Positions 51,333-63,044 of a stretch of DNA of 64,000 bases are shown here, in pieces. The first letter of the stretch is position 1, and the number at the start of each line of letters is the position of its first letter. Where the stretch lies: the NCBI GenBank assembly GCA_002269645.1, contig NIVC01000350.1, positions 62,001 to 126,000 of the forward strand. The letters are read 5' to 3'. The notes under the pieces were generated by a model, which did not search any database, had not been told where the DNA came from, and was given only the letters and a program-made list of their open reading frames with translations. The DNA comes from Macrostomum lignano (lineage: Eukaryota). Made by a program: the position numbers and the translations under genes.

Positions 51333-52311
51333 TTTAGCATCGCATTACTCGAAGCCCCGCTGTGTCTCTCTCTGCCTACTCAAATCTCTCTAATTCTCTC
51401 TCGCAGTAATTTCGCTAACTCTCATTCCCTATTCGCTTAGCTGTTCGTCTTTTCAAAGTAGGCCTCACTGTCACCCCCTACTCCTCAAATCACTTTTGCA
51501 TTATCGTGTCTTTGTTTTGGTGAGAATGAGCCTGTCTCTCTCTGTCGCTACCTCATCTGCATCGGATCTAGCTCCGATCCTTTTCATTTTGTTAATTGCT
51601 TATTGTTGTTATTATTATTGTTGTTGAAAAAGACCTTCAAAAAGATTGCAATCTCCCTCTTTCCCCTTCGTTCCCGCTCTACTAAAAAATTCGGGTTTTT
51701 TTGCATTGCGCTTTAAGCTGCTGCAACTCTTTATACAACACCCTCTCTATCTGTCTGTCTTCATCATGTAACTGACACCGAGAGACACCAGATTTAGGGA
51801 CAGAAAGGATACAACAATTAATAAATAGCGATTAAATTTTCTAGCTGCTGGAGACAGAAGGTTGGCATAAATTTACTTTTTCAGTTAAATCCTTCTGTTT
51901 TGTTGCTATAATCTGATCATGCTTGTACAGTACTGCAGACTACCATTCTCGCACGCTTTTTTACTATAATTATTTGTTGTTTTTTTCACTCTAGTAGTTC
52001 ATAGCTAGCTGCAAAGTAGTAACCGGCCTGTCTGTTTGATATTGTGTGTTTTGTTTGTTATGTTTGTATTTTTCTATTAAATTATTGTATTAATACGTAA
52101 ATAACGACAACAAGAACAAACAGATAAATGCCTAAGTGCAATATTTGTCTGGCTCTCGGCGTAGTTCCTCGTGTATAATTTCACTTTTTCGTCTTTTTTG
52201 TTACTGTCCCATCCCTTTCTTCTCCTTCTCCTCCTAGATCTCGCAGAGTTTTAAATAACTTACAAAATTTGTTGCATTTGCATTAGTTGATTCAACCTAT
52301 TGGTCCTGTCT

Positions 52312-52635
52312 CCCCGCTGTCACCCCTATGGTCCTTCAGCGGTAGCCGCTGTCACCCCCATGGTCCTTCAGCGGTAGCCGCTGTCACCCCCATGGTCCTT
52401 CAGCGGTAGCCGCTGTCACCCCCATGGTCCTTCAGCGGTAGCCGCTGTCACCCCCATGGTCTTTCAGCGGTAGCCGCTGTCACCCCCCATGGTCCTTCAG
52501 CGGTAGCCGCTGTCACCCCCATGGTCCTTCAGCTGCAGCCGCTGTCTCCCCCCAATGGTCCTTGAGCAGGAGCCGCTGCTTCCCCCCAATGGTCCTTCAG
52601 CTGCAGCCGCTGTCTCCCCCCAATGGTCCTTCAGC
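52312..52635. repeat. 31-32-bp array (CTGTCACCCCCATGGTCCTTCAGCGGTAGCCG)
   Basis: Tandem units. Confidence 0.9.
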
Positions 52636-53191
52636 TGCAGCCGCTGTCTCCCCCCGGTCAGTCACAATTCTTTTCCATTTGGCCTTGTTGTGACCTCCCA
52701 ACAGAATTCCTGTATGCATTGGATAGGGCAAGGACAGTCTTTATACAGACTATTTGGACTCAGACATGAATCGCTGTAGTCATTGGCGAAAGTATACGAT
52801 TCGTTTTCGAACAGAGCACTCGCTGATGTAAGAAGTCTGCACGCGAATAAACGAGCTTGAATGAGCAATTAAGTTGAGCAGAATAGGTATGCCATAAAAT
52901 ATTAAATGCAAACAGAATTGCCTATAATGTGGTAGGGTTGGCTTATTTAGCTCGTGAGCTTTAGAAAGAAAGTATATTTAGATGTGTGCAAACTCTTGTT
53001 GATGGCACTGGCCATTCTTTGCTGCTTTTGTGGACAGGGGCTCTTAATGACTGCTAAAAGGTTTTAGTATTTTTTTCTTGTGTCTTCTGCAAGTTTTACA
53101 GCGTCTGCAATAGTTTCTCTTAAATTTGAATCTCTGCTGGCATTCCCATCATAATAAATTCCATCGTAGTTTATCCAATGTAGCTTACGAG

Positions 53192-53720
53192 TAGGTAGAG
53201 TAGGGACTGCCCCTGAAGAGTCTGAGATAGAGTAGGGACTGCTCCTGAAGAGTCGGGAGGTAGAGTAGGGACTGCTCCTGAAGAGTCGGGAGGTAGAGTA
53301 GGGACTGCCCCTGAAGAGTCGGGAGGTAGAGTAGGGACTGCCCCTGAAGAGTCGGGAGGTAGAGTAGGGACTGCCCCTGAAGAGTCGGAGGTAGAGTAGG
53401 GACTGCCCCTGAAGAGTCTGAGATAGAGTAGGGACTGCCCCTGAAGAGTCTGAGATAGAGTAGGGACTGCCCCTGAAGAGTCTGAGATAGAGTAGGGACT
53501 GCCCCTGAAGAGTCTGAGATAGAGTAGGGACTGCCCCTGAAGAGTCTGAGATAGAGTAGGGACTGCCCCTGAAGAGTCTGAGGTAGAGTAGGGACTGCCC
53601 CTGAAGAGTCGGGAGGTAGAGTAGGGACTGCCCCTGAAGAGTCTGAGGTAGAGTAGGGACTGCCCCTGAAGAGTCTGAGATAGAGTAGGGACTGCCCCTG
53701 AAGAGTCGGAGGTAGAGTAG
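53192..53720. repeat. 32-bp array (AGAGTAGGGACTGCCCCTGAAGAGTCTGAGAT)
   Basis: Period 32. Confidence 0.93.
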
Positions 53721-54734
53721 CGGCTGAAAGGCACAGAGGTTCCATTGATTTTGCTGAAAGCAACACGGAAATTCAAGCTCAGTAAGGCTTAGGGAGAAGA
53801 GAAGAAAGTGTTTCATTGCTGTAGGGATTTTCTGTGATGCCTCTGCTTTGTCGATCGCTTGCTAATTATTTATTGCACTGTCGAGTTTTTTCTTCGAGTT
53901 GTTTTTGTTTTAATTTTACAACGTGCTCGTCTTTTTAAACTGCTGCTTTAACTGATTCTTTGAAACGAAGCTTAGTTTGTACTATTATAAATAACTGAGT
54001 TCCTTACAACGCGGGGTTTTCGAATATCATTCGAATCTAGGTCTGTTTTTAACTGTTTGTTTAAACACGTTTTTTGAATTGAGCATATTTGACTGCAGAA
54101 CAATGGGTCCGATAACTTATGAAATTTTATGGCTGCTTTTTCACAAGTATTTTTACAATACTTTCCTCAGCTCTCTTTTACTAACTTTATATTATATGCG
54201 TACTTCTTGCTAAATCGCACCTTAATTCTATATTGATTATTAATAAAAATAATTGCTAATCTTTAGTCTTCGAAGCGACTTCATTGTGCGACTTACAATA
54301 TTGAATTATGTAGGCTACAGTTGATATTGCTGCCTTTTAGTTTCTTTTTATCACCTTGTTTTGCACAGGTTTTTCTGTTTTTACTATCGATATGATTAGT
54401 AATCATGTGCTTTTTGCTATTCTATCTAGCAACGAAGGGTCACTGCGTATATTATTATTAAAATCTAGCGTATCTTGCTTTGTTTTATTACAAAACAACT
54501 TTTTTACATTTTTCAAACTTGCAAACACGAGCAAACAAAACAATGAACCTGCAGCGCTTCGTCTGTAGTGCTTCAAAATAGTAATTCACATGCGGTCAAG
54601 CTATATTTTGTTGTTTTATAAACGCCTATTAACTACAAATATATTATTACTATTATTATGCATATACCGTCATCCGTTGCGAACAAATATGAAAAAATAA
54701 GCACTTTGTTATTACTGATAATTCTTTTCCTTTT

Positions 54735-54975
54735 AAGAAGAGCCGATAAGGACTGATAAAGAGCCGATAGGAACTGATAAGGAGCCGATAAGGACTGATA
54801 AGGAGCCGATAAGAACTGATAAAGAGCCGATAAGAACTGATAAAGAGCCGATAAGAACTGATAAAGAGCCGATAAGAACTGATAAAGAGCCGATAAGAAC
54901 TGATAAAGAGCCGATAAGAACTGATAAAGAGCCGATAAGAACTGATAAAGAGCCGATAAGGAGCCGGTAAGAACT
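54735..54975. repeat. 21-bp array (GATAAGAACTGATAAAGAGCC)
   Basis: Tandem units. Confidence 0.92.
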
Positions 54976-55607
54976 CAAAGGATAGTACGCTCGTAGCTTC
55001 GCTATGAAAGCCAATCGATAGGCTTTCTTAGGCTGGGGTTCTTGCTTGGCGAATTCCCGCCAAAATGGCATGCACGCACTACTCGTATAAACTGCGTGGT
55101 ACGAGTGTATATGCTGGTTAAGTCTCCCAGAGGCAACAAGAATCGGAAAGAAGTTTCTTTTCACAGCAGTATCGTCAGTTGATCCGCCTAGAGATACTTG
55201 TGCGGCCGGCTTAGCCGTTATTGCATTGGGGGGATAAGTGCAGCCGTGTTGCATGGTAATGGGGTTTCTCTTCAGTGCAGACTGGTCGCGCATTCCTGAT
55301 ACTCTATCCGGCTGGATTCTCTCCCCCCCCAATTCCTCTGATCCTCCAGTCTCCCTCCACCGGAATCTGCATCTGCACTCAAGGCACGCCAGTTTCCTCT
55401 CCTTATTAATTCTTGAATTCTTTCCTCGCAGCTCCTTGGGATTGGAACAAGCCCAAGACAAGCAAAGGCGGGCCGGTATTCGTGGCAAACTTGGCAACCA
55501 TTTTTTTGGCGCTCTAAGCCTCTAAAACATCATTGGTGTTCATTTTGGCGAAATGTCTTCAAGTCCTAAATGCATTCCTGCGATTCGGATATCCTATTCG
55601 GCTTTCC

Positions 55608-56448
55608 TGACACCCATATCAGCCCTACTGACACCCATGTCATCCCCACTGACACCCATGTCATCCCCACTGACACCCATGTCATCCCCACTGACACCCA
55701 TGTCAGCCCTACTGACACCCATATCAGCCCTACTGACACCCATGTCATCCCCACTGACACCCATGTCATCCCCACTGACACCCATGTCAGCCCTACTGAC
55801 ACCCATATCAGCCCTACTGACACCCATATCAGCCCCACTGACACCCATGTCAGCCCTACTGACACCCATGTCAACCCTACTGACACCCACGTCATCCCTA
55901 CTGACACCCACGTCATCCCTACTGACACCCATGTCAGCCCCACTGACACCCATGTCAGCCCTACTGACACCCATGTCAGCCCCACTGACACCCATGTCAT
56001 CCCCACTGACACCCATGTCAGCCCTACTGACACCCATATCAGCCCTACTGACACCCATATCAGCCCCACTGACACCCATGTCAGCCCTACTGACACCCAT
56101 GTCATCCCCACTGACACCCATGTCATCCCCACTGACACCCATGTCATCCCCACTGACACCCATGTCATCCCTACTGACACCCATGTCAGCCCCACTGACA
56201 CCCATGTCAGCCCTACTGACACCCATGTCAGCCCCACTGACACCCATGTCATCCCCACTGACACCCATGTCAGCCCTACTGACACCCATATCAGCCCTAC
56301 TGACACCCATATCAGCCCCACTGACACCCATGTCAACCCTACTGACACCCACGTCATCCCTACTGACACCCACGTCATCCCTACTGACACCCACGTCATC
56401 CCTACTGACACCCATGTCAGCCCTACTGACACCCATGTCATCCCTACT
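55608..56448. repeat. 21-bp array (CTGACACCCATRTCAKCCCYA), about 40 copies
   Basis: Period 21. Confidence 0.95.
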
Positions 56449-56904
56449 GTAAAGGGTTTGGCGTTCCTGATTTATTATTTAGGCGCGGCTTTCATTTTTA
56501 CATTTTGTTTTACATGAGTTTTCACATTGCAGTGCAGCAATAGATTAATGCCTGAGGATGGAGTCCGAAGAATCGACAATTTATTTATCGAAATTCTCCA
56601 AATAGGAACCATTCGGCGATTGATCCGAGTGTAAACGCTTATTTATTTCCAATGTTTCCAATTCCATTCTTATAGAGAATGTGTCTCGCATATCTTTATC
56701 GATGGTTATACAATTGCTACGAGTATTGGAATTTGATTTTCGCAGCTCAGCCTCATTCACTCGAAGATTTTCCCCATGATTTTCATTTGTCCAACAGGGG
56801 TTGATAAGGATAGTGCAGCAGACACAATATTGCGTTTAGCCTCCTCTTCAATATGAGTAGAAAAACCCTTAAACTTCGGTGGGATACTGCCCTTTTATCA
56901 ATCA

Positions 56905-57410
56905 GCGGGTGTTGATTCCCCTCTCCTTGTACACCAGCGGTGCTGATTCTTCTCTGCATTGTACACCAGCGGGTGCTGATTCCCCTCTCCTTGTACACCA
57001 GCGGGTGCTGATTCCCCTCTGCATTGTGCACCAGCGGGTGCTGATTCCCCTCTCCTTGTACACCAGCGGGTGCTGATTCCCCTCTGCATTGTACACCAGC
57101 GGGTGCTGATTCTTCTCTGCATTGTGCACCAGCGGGTGCTGATTCCCCTCTCCTTGTACACCAGCGGGTGCTGATTCCCCTCTGCATTGTGCACCAGCGG
57201 GTGCTGATTCCCCTCTCCTTGTACACCAGCGGGTGCTGATTCCCCTCTGCATTGTACACCAGCGGGTGCTGATTCCCCTCTCCTTGTACACCAGCGGGTG
57301 CTGATTCTTCTCTGCATTGTGCACCAGCGGGTGCTGATTCCCCTCTCCTTGTACACCAGCGAGTGTTAATTCCCCTCTGCATTGTGCACCAGCGGGTGCT
57401 GATTCCCCTC
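56905..57410. repeat. 32/34-bp alternating array (CACCAGCGGGTGCTGATTCCCCTCT...)
   Basis: Tandem units. Confidence 0.92.
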
Positions 57411-58029
57411 TTATGGCAGCTATAAAGAAAGGCCGCCTACGAATAGCAGATCATTTGAAATATAGGAGCGTATTTTACCAGGCAATAAGACGGCCATTGG
57501 AATTCACCGTTGGGATCGTTAAGGTTTACAACCTTGGCCGCTAAAAATTGAAGCAAGCGTAAACTGTCTCCCTAGACGGCCCGCAGAATGTGCAATGAAT
57601 TCGTTCAATAATAACGTTGCCGTAGTCTTTCGAAGCGAAGTAGACATCTGAAGCTTTGCATTTGTAATGAGACCCATCTGGATGCCTAAGCTTAAGCTGC
57701 ATACTTGAAAGTTATTGGCTTTTTAGCTGTTGCCCTGTTTTGCCACGGCTTTGAACTTTATCGAAGTTTGCTAAGAATTCCTTAATCCAGCATTATACAG
57801 ATAATAAGAGCTTACCCTGCCATTACTGCCATCGCATCAACAACTCTTGGCGTGTATGAAGTGGTAAGACTGGGTACTGACTATAATGGCAAATAAATTG
57901 GATCTAGTCCGTGTGTTTACCGCAAAACATGTCATGCATGCTACTGGATATCAGTAGAGCAATAAGTCTTTGGGGGTCCTATTTCATTTTTGAGTCCATT
58001 TTTCCATTTGAGTCTCATTTCCATTTTAT

Positions 58030-58795
58030 TTGAGTGGGCGCCATTTCATTTGAGTGGGCGCCATTTCATTTGAGTGGGCGCAATTTCATTTGAGTGGGCG
58101 CCATTGCATTTGAGTGGGCGCCATTGCATTTGAGTGGGCGCCATTGCATTTGGGTGGGCGCCATTTCATTCGAGTGGGGGCCATTTCATTTGAGTGGGCG
58201 CCATTTCATTTGAGTAGGCGCCATTTCATTTGAGTAGGCGCCATTTCATTTGGGTGGGCTCCATTTCATTTGAGTGGGCGCCATTTCATTTAAGTGGGCG
58301 CCATTTCATTTGAGTGGGCGCCATTTCATTTGGGTGGGCGCCATTTCATTCGAGTGGGCGCCATTTCATTTGGGTGGGCTCCATTTCATTTGGGTGGGCG
58401 CCATTTCATTCGAGTAGGCGCCATTTCATTCGAGTGGGCGCCATTTCATTTGAGTAGGCGCCATTTCATTTGAGCGGGCGCCATTTCGTTTGAGCGGGCG
58501 CCATTTCATTCGAGTGGGCGCCGTTTCATTTGAGTGGGCGCCATTTCATTTGAGTTTGCGCCATTTCATTTGAGTAGGCGCCATTTCATTTGAGCGGGCG
58601 CCATTTCATTTGAGCGGGCGCCATTTCATTTGAGTAGGCGCCATTTCATTCGAGTGGGCGCCATTTCATTTGAGTGGGCGCCATTTCATTTGAGCGGGCG
58701 CCGTTTCATTTGAGTTTGCGCCATTTCATTTGAGTAGGCGCCATTTCATTTGAGTGGGCGCCATTTCATTTGAGTAGGCGCCATTTCATTTGAGT
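58030..58795. repeat. 20-bp array (TTTGAGTGGGCGCCATTTCA), about 38 copies
   Basis: Exact 20-bp period. Confidence 0.96.
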
Positions 58796-59149
58796 ATATT
58801 GGAGTGTAGTGAAGGGAGATAGTCTTAAGTCTCAATCCCACGATGAGGTATTTGGTCACCCTCCCCTCTCCACTACCCTCTTTCTCACCCCTCACACTGT
58901 AGTGTATTACAAATATTCAAATATTCTTATTTGAATATCAAAGATTTTTATTCACAATTTGTTATTCAAATATCAAAGATCAACACAGTGCTGACTACTA
59001 AAGTTTATATCAAGTCTAGGGCTGGTTCAGCTCTTCCGATCCTTTTCAAATAGCTTGTACTAGTAAGATTGAAGTTAATCAGCTCTCCTGTGCCATTATT
59101 ACAAAAATGATTTGACAGTGACGTCTAATCTTTCCCTTCTCCAACTCTC

Positions 59150-59885
59150 ATCCTCTCTTTCCCAACCTTTTTACCACACACTTTACCACCCTTTTACCAC
59201 CCTATTTACCACACTCTTTCCCACCCTTTTTACTGCAATCTTTATCGAACTCTTTACCACACTCTTTACTACACTTTATCACCCTCTTTGTCACACTCTT
59301 TACCACACTCTTTATCACCCTCTTTACCACCCTCTTTACCACACTCTTTATCACCCTCTTTACCACACTCTTTACCACACTCTTTACCACCCTCTTTACC
59401 ACACTCTTTATCACCCTCTTTACCACACTCTTTATCACCCTCTTTACCACACTCTTTACCACACTCTTTACCACCCTCTTTACCACACTCTTTATCACCC
59501 TCTTTACTACACTCTTTATTACCCTCTTTACCACACTCTTTACCACACTTCATCACCCTCTTTGTCACCAGTGGCGGATCCTGGGGGGGGGGGCCAAGGG
59601 GGCCATGGCCCCCCTCAGCTGCCTCGAAAAAAATTCTGCTCTTGGCCTTTGGCCCCCTTCTAAGTAAAGAAAGGGCTTGGGCCTTGGGGTGGGTTCCTAC
59701 TCGGGGCAGTATGAAAAAATTTGGCCCCCTCCCTGAAGAAATTCCCGGATCCGCGCCTGTTTGTCACACTCTTTATCACACTCTTTACCACACTCTTTAT
59801 CACCCTCTTTACCACACTTTTTACCACACTCTACCACACTCTTTACCACACTCTTTACCACACTCTTTACCACACTCTTTCCCAC
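59150..59885. repeat. 12-bp array (CTCTTTACCACA) interrupted by a hAT MITE
   Basis: Tandem units on both sides of 59569-59759. Confidence 0.9.
59569..59759. mobile_element. 191-bp hAT-type MITE
   Basis: TIRs CAGTGGCGGATCC / CAGGCGCGGATCC; perfect 8-bp TSD TTTGTCAC (59561-59568 and 59760-59767). Confidence 0.92.
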
Positions 59886-60485
59886 CCTTTCTCTTTCTCA
59901 CACTCTTTCTCATTTTTTGCCATCCTCTCTTTCCCACCCTCTCCTCAGCCTCTCTCCCACCTTTTTTTCTGTCGCCCTTGGTTCCTATTTTCACTTCTTG
60001 GCCAATTGTCGCTAGCCTGCAATGTACATGTACGAGGGCAATATTAATTTTTAATCTAGTTCTCTTTGTACTACTTCGAGGTCTTTCAGTTTTCATCCAT
60101 TCACCGCAATGAAAGCTAAACAATAAAAATCTCATACGCTAAATTTTGTCTCTATATTGCACAAGATTGCTCAGCAATGAACTCCCTCCATGGCGAGTCA
60201 AGGGCCGCTCTCGTGAGCCTGCTGCAGGTCGGGGCAACCCCCTTTTGTTAGACTGAATTGTTCTCAGCGTTGTAACTCGTACACCAGCCAGCAGAGACTT
60301 TAAACAAACCTGTAGCTTTAGTCTCTGCAGCCACCCCTGCGCTCTCTTCTCACACCCCGAGTAGCCAAGGACTTCAGCGTGTAACTATATGGACTGCATA
60401 GTTATAACAGATTGTTTAATTTTCGGAGAAATCAACTTTAATTAATGAAATCTTTTGACAACTGAAAACCGTTTACCGGATCTGA

Positions 60486-60755
60486 TGACGTCATTGACGA
60501 GAAAGAAATGATTTCGTAGGACTTTTTTACCAGTTTCCAATCCAGATCTCTGTTAGCCTCTATTAGTAGTCCATAAATAATTCGCGCGTGCGCCAGGCTC
60601 GGAGACGAGAGATAGGATGGGGCGGTCCCCAGCTGCAGAATACAAGTAAGCTTACGGAGAGAGGCAAAGTTAGACAGAATGAGAACGCTGGGGTCGGACG
60701 GGACCCCCCTCTTGGCCAGTTTATTGCTTAAAATTATTACTTTTTACTACTGCAG
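60486..60755 (+). promoter_or_regulatory. Candidate SLC6 promoter, non-coding first exon and 110-bp 5'UTR intron
   Basis: CRE TGACGTCA at 60486-60493; CATAAATA at about 60572; donor |gtaagc at 60646; acceptor tactgcag| at 60755; an 11-codon uORF at 60762-60797 follows. Confidence 0.45.
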
Positions 60756-60810
60756 ACGATAATGGAACTCCGCTTGAAGAAGTTCATTAAAGATTGAAAT
60801 TTTTTTTAAA

Positions 60811-61075
60811 ATGGCCTCCGAGTCAGCTGTGTCGGACACTGTAGAGCTGGCCGAGCTCGGCGAACGGCCGATGCGGCGTCGGACACTGTCCGAGGACTCG
60901 CAGTCGGGCTACTCGGCCAAGACCTGGAACTCGGACAGCGATCAATTCGAGCAGAATTTCAAAGATCGGGGCGTCTGGAGCAGCAAATTTGACTTCTTCT
61001 TTGCCTGCCTCGGCTACGGAGTTGGGATGGCCAACTTCCTGCGCTTCCCCGGGCTCGTGTTCAAGAATGGCGGCG
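60811..61075 (+). CDS. SLC6: SLC6 (sodium:neurotransmitter symporter family), coding exon 1 (N-tail and TM1)
   Basis: RGVWSSKFDFFFACLGYGVGMANFLRFPGLVFKNGGG; Kozak-like AAAATGG; donor G|gtgcgt, phase 1. Confidence 0.92.
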
Positions 61076-61084
61076 GTGCGTGCG

Positions 61085-62213
61085 GGTGGGATCCCGCTGC
61101 CCCTAGGGTGGGATCCCGCTGCCCCTAGGGTGGGATCCCGCTGCCCCTAGGGTGGGATCCCGCTGCCCCTAGGGTGGGATCCCGCTGCCCCTAGGGTGGG
61201 ATCCCGCTGCCCCTAGGGTGGGATCCCGCTGCCCCTAGGGTGGGATCCCGCTGCCCCTAGGGTGGGATCCCGCTGCCCCTAGGGTGGGATCCCGCTGCCC
61301 CTAGGGTGGGATCCCGCTGCCCCTAGAGTGGGATCCCGCTGCCCCTAGGGTGGGATCCCGCTGCCCCTAGGGTGGGATCCCGCTGCCCCTAGGGTGGGAT
61401 CCCGCTGCCCTAGGGTGGGATCCCGCTGCCCCTAGGGTGGGATCCCGCTGCCCCTAGAGTGGGATCCCGCTGCCCCTAGGGTGGGATCCCGCTGCCCCTA
61501 GAGTGGGATCCCGCTGCCCCTAGGGTGGGATCCCGCTGCCCCTAGGGTGGGATCCCGCTGCCCCTAGGGTGGGATCCCGCTGTCCCTAGGGTGGGATCCC
61601 GCTGCCCCTAGGGTGGGATCCCGCTGCCCCTAGGGTGGGATCCCGCTGCCCCTAGGGTGGGATCCCGCTGCCCTAGGGTGGGATCCCGCTGCCCCTAGGG
61701 TGGGATCCCGCTGCCCCTAGGGTGGGATCCCGCTGCCCCTAGGGTGGGATCCCGCTGTCCCTAGGGTGGGATCCCGCTGCCCCTAGGGTGGGATCCCGCT
61801 GCCCCTACGGTGGGATCCTGCTGCCCCTAGGGTGGGATCCTGCTGCCCCTAGGGTGGGATCCCGCTGCCCCTAGGGTGGGATCCCGCTGCCCCTAGGGTG
61901 GGATCCCGCTGCCCCTAGGGTGGGATCCTGCTGCCCCTAGGGTGGGATCCCGCTGCCCCTAGGGTGGGATCCCGCTGCCCCTAGGGTGGGATCCCGCTGC
62001 CCCTAGGGTGGGATCCCGCTGCCCTAGGGTGGGATCCCGCTGCCCCTAGGGTGGGATCCCGCTGCCCCTAGAGTGGGATCCCGCTGCCCCTAGGGTGGGA
62101 TCCCGCTGCCCCTAGAGTGGGATCCCGCTGCCCCTAGGGTGGGATCCTGCTGCCCCTAGGGTGGGATCCCGCTGCCCCTAGGGTGGGATCCCGCTGCCCC
62201 TAGGGTGGGATTC
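61085..62213. repeat. 22-bp GC-rich array (CCCTAGGGTGGGATCCCGCTGC), about 51 copies
   Basis: Starts about 9 bp after the donor; two 8-bp palindromes per unit. Confidence 0.97.
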
Positions 62214-62224
62214 CAGTAGCCACC

Positions 62225-62632
62225 ACTAGTGGAATCATCTGTCATCCTGGGATCAACTGTCACTTGAGATTAACTGTCACCTGGAATCACCTGGGATTAC
62301 CAGTAATAACTTATCACCCGAGACTACCTATGATAACCTGTCACCCTGGATTACCTGTGATAACTCTAACCTGTCACCTGGGATCACCTGTCACCTGGGA
62401 TTACCTGTCACCTGGGATCACCTGTCACCTGGGATCACCTGTCACCTGGGATTACCTGTCACCTGGGATCACCTGTCACCTGGAATCACCTGGAATCACA
62501 TGTCACCTGGAATCACCTGGGATCACCTGGGATCACCTGTCACCTGGGATCACCTGGGATCACCTGTCACCTGGAATCACCTGGAATCACCTGTCATCTG
62601 GAATCACCTGGGATCACCTGTCACCTGGGATC
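62225..62632. repeat. 10/17-bp array (CACCTGGGAT[CACCTGT])
   Basis: Tandem units ending about 60 bp before the acceptor. Confidence 0.88.
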
Positions 62633-62694
62633 ACCAATGAATTCTGGCAACCTAAATCATAAAAAAGCATTCCCAACTGCCCTCACTCGAACAG

Positions 62695-62826
62695 GTGTAT
62701 TCTTCATACCGTATTTGCTGATGGTATTCCTGTGCGTGATCCCCATAGTCTACCTGGAGATGATTATTGGCCAGTTCTCATCTGCGTCGACTCTGCAGTT
62801 CGGGCGAGTCATCCCGCTGTTCCAGG
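62695..62826 (+). CDS. SLC6: SLC6 coding exon 2 (TM2)
   Basis: GVFFIPYLLMVFLCVIPIVYLEMIIGQFSS...PLFQG; acag| ... |gtgagg; phase 1-1. Confidence 0.93.
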
Positions 62827-62900
62827 GTGAGGTTCTGCGCCTGATGGCTTTCTTCTCATTGTAGAAGAGGATAAATTATGAGTTTTAGTTTTTTTCGCAG

Positions 62901-63044
62901 GAATTGGCTGGGCAATGTTCATCGTGACCTTCTTCACCATAATATACTATCAAATTGTGCTGTCCTGGGTTGTGTACTACCTGTTCAGCTCTTTGACGGC
63001 CCAATTGCCTTTTGGACACTGCAATAATACCTGGAATACGCCTG
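62901..63044 (+). CDS. SLC6: SLC6 coding exon 3 (TM3 and start of EL2); the gene continues beyond the window
   Basis: GIGWAMFIVTFFTIIYYQIVLSW...CNNTWNTP; tttcgcag| ... |gtgagt; phase 1-1. Confidence 0.93.

Noticed and set aside
49506-51340. Overlapping Gly/Arg-rich ORFs in other frames and on the antisense strand of glypican exon 2
   Set aside because: Shadow ORFs of GC-rich Pro-coding sequence.
60482-60520. CTGATGA-CGTC-ATT-GACG-AGAAA hammerhead look-alike
   Set aside because: An extra A precedes GAAA, and stems I and III cannot form; better explained as a CRE site.
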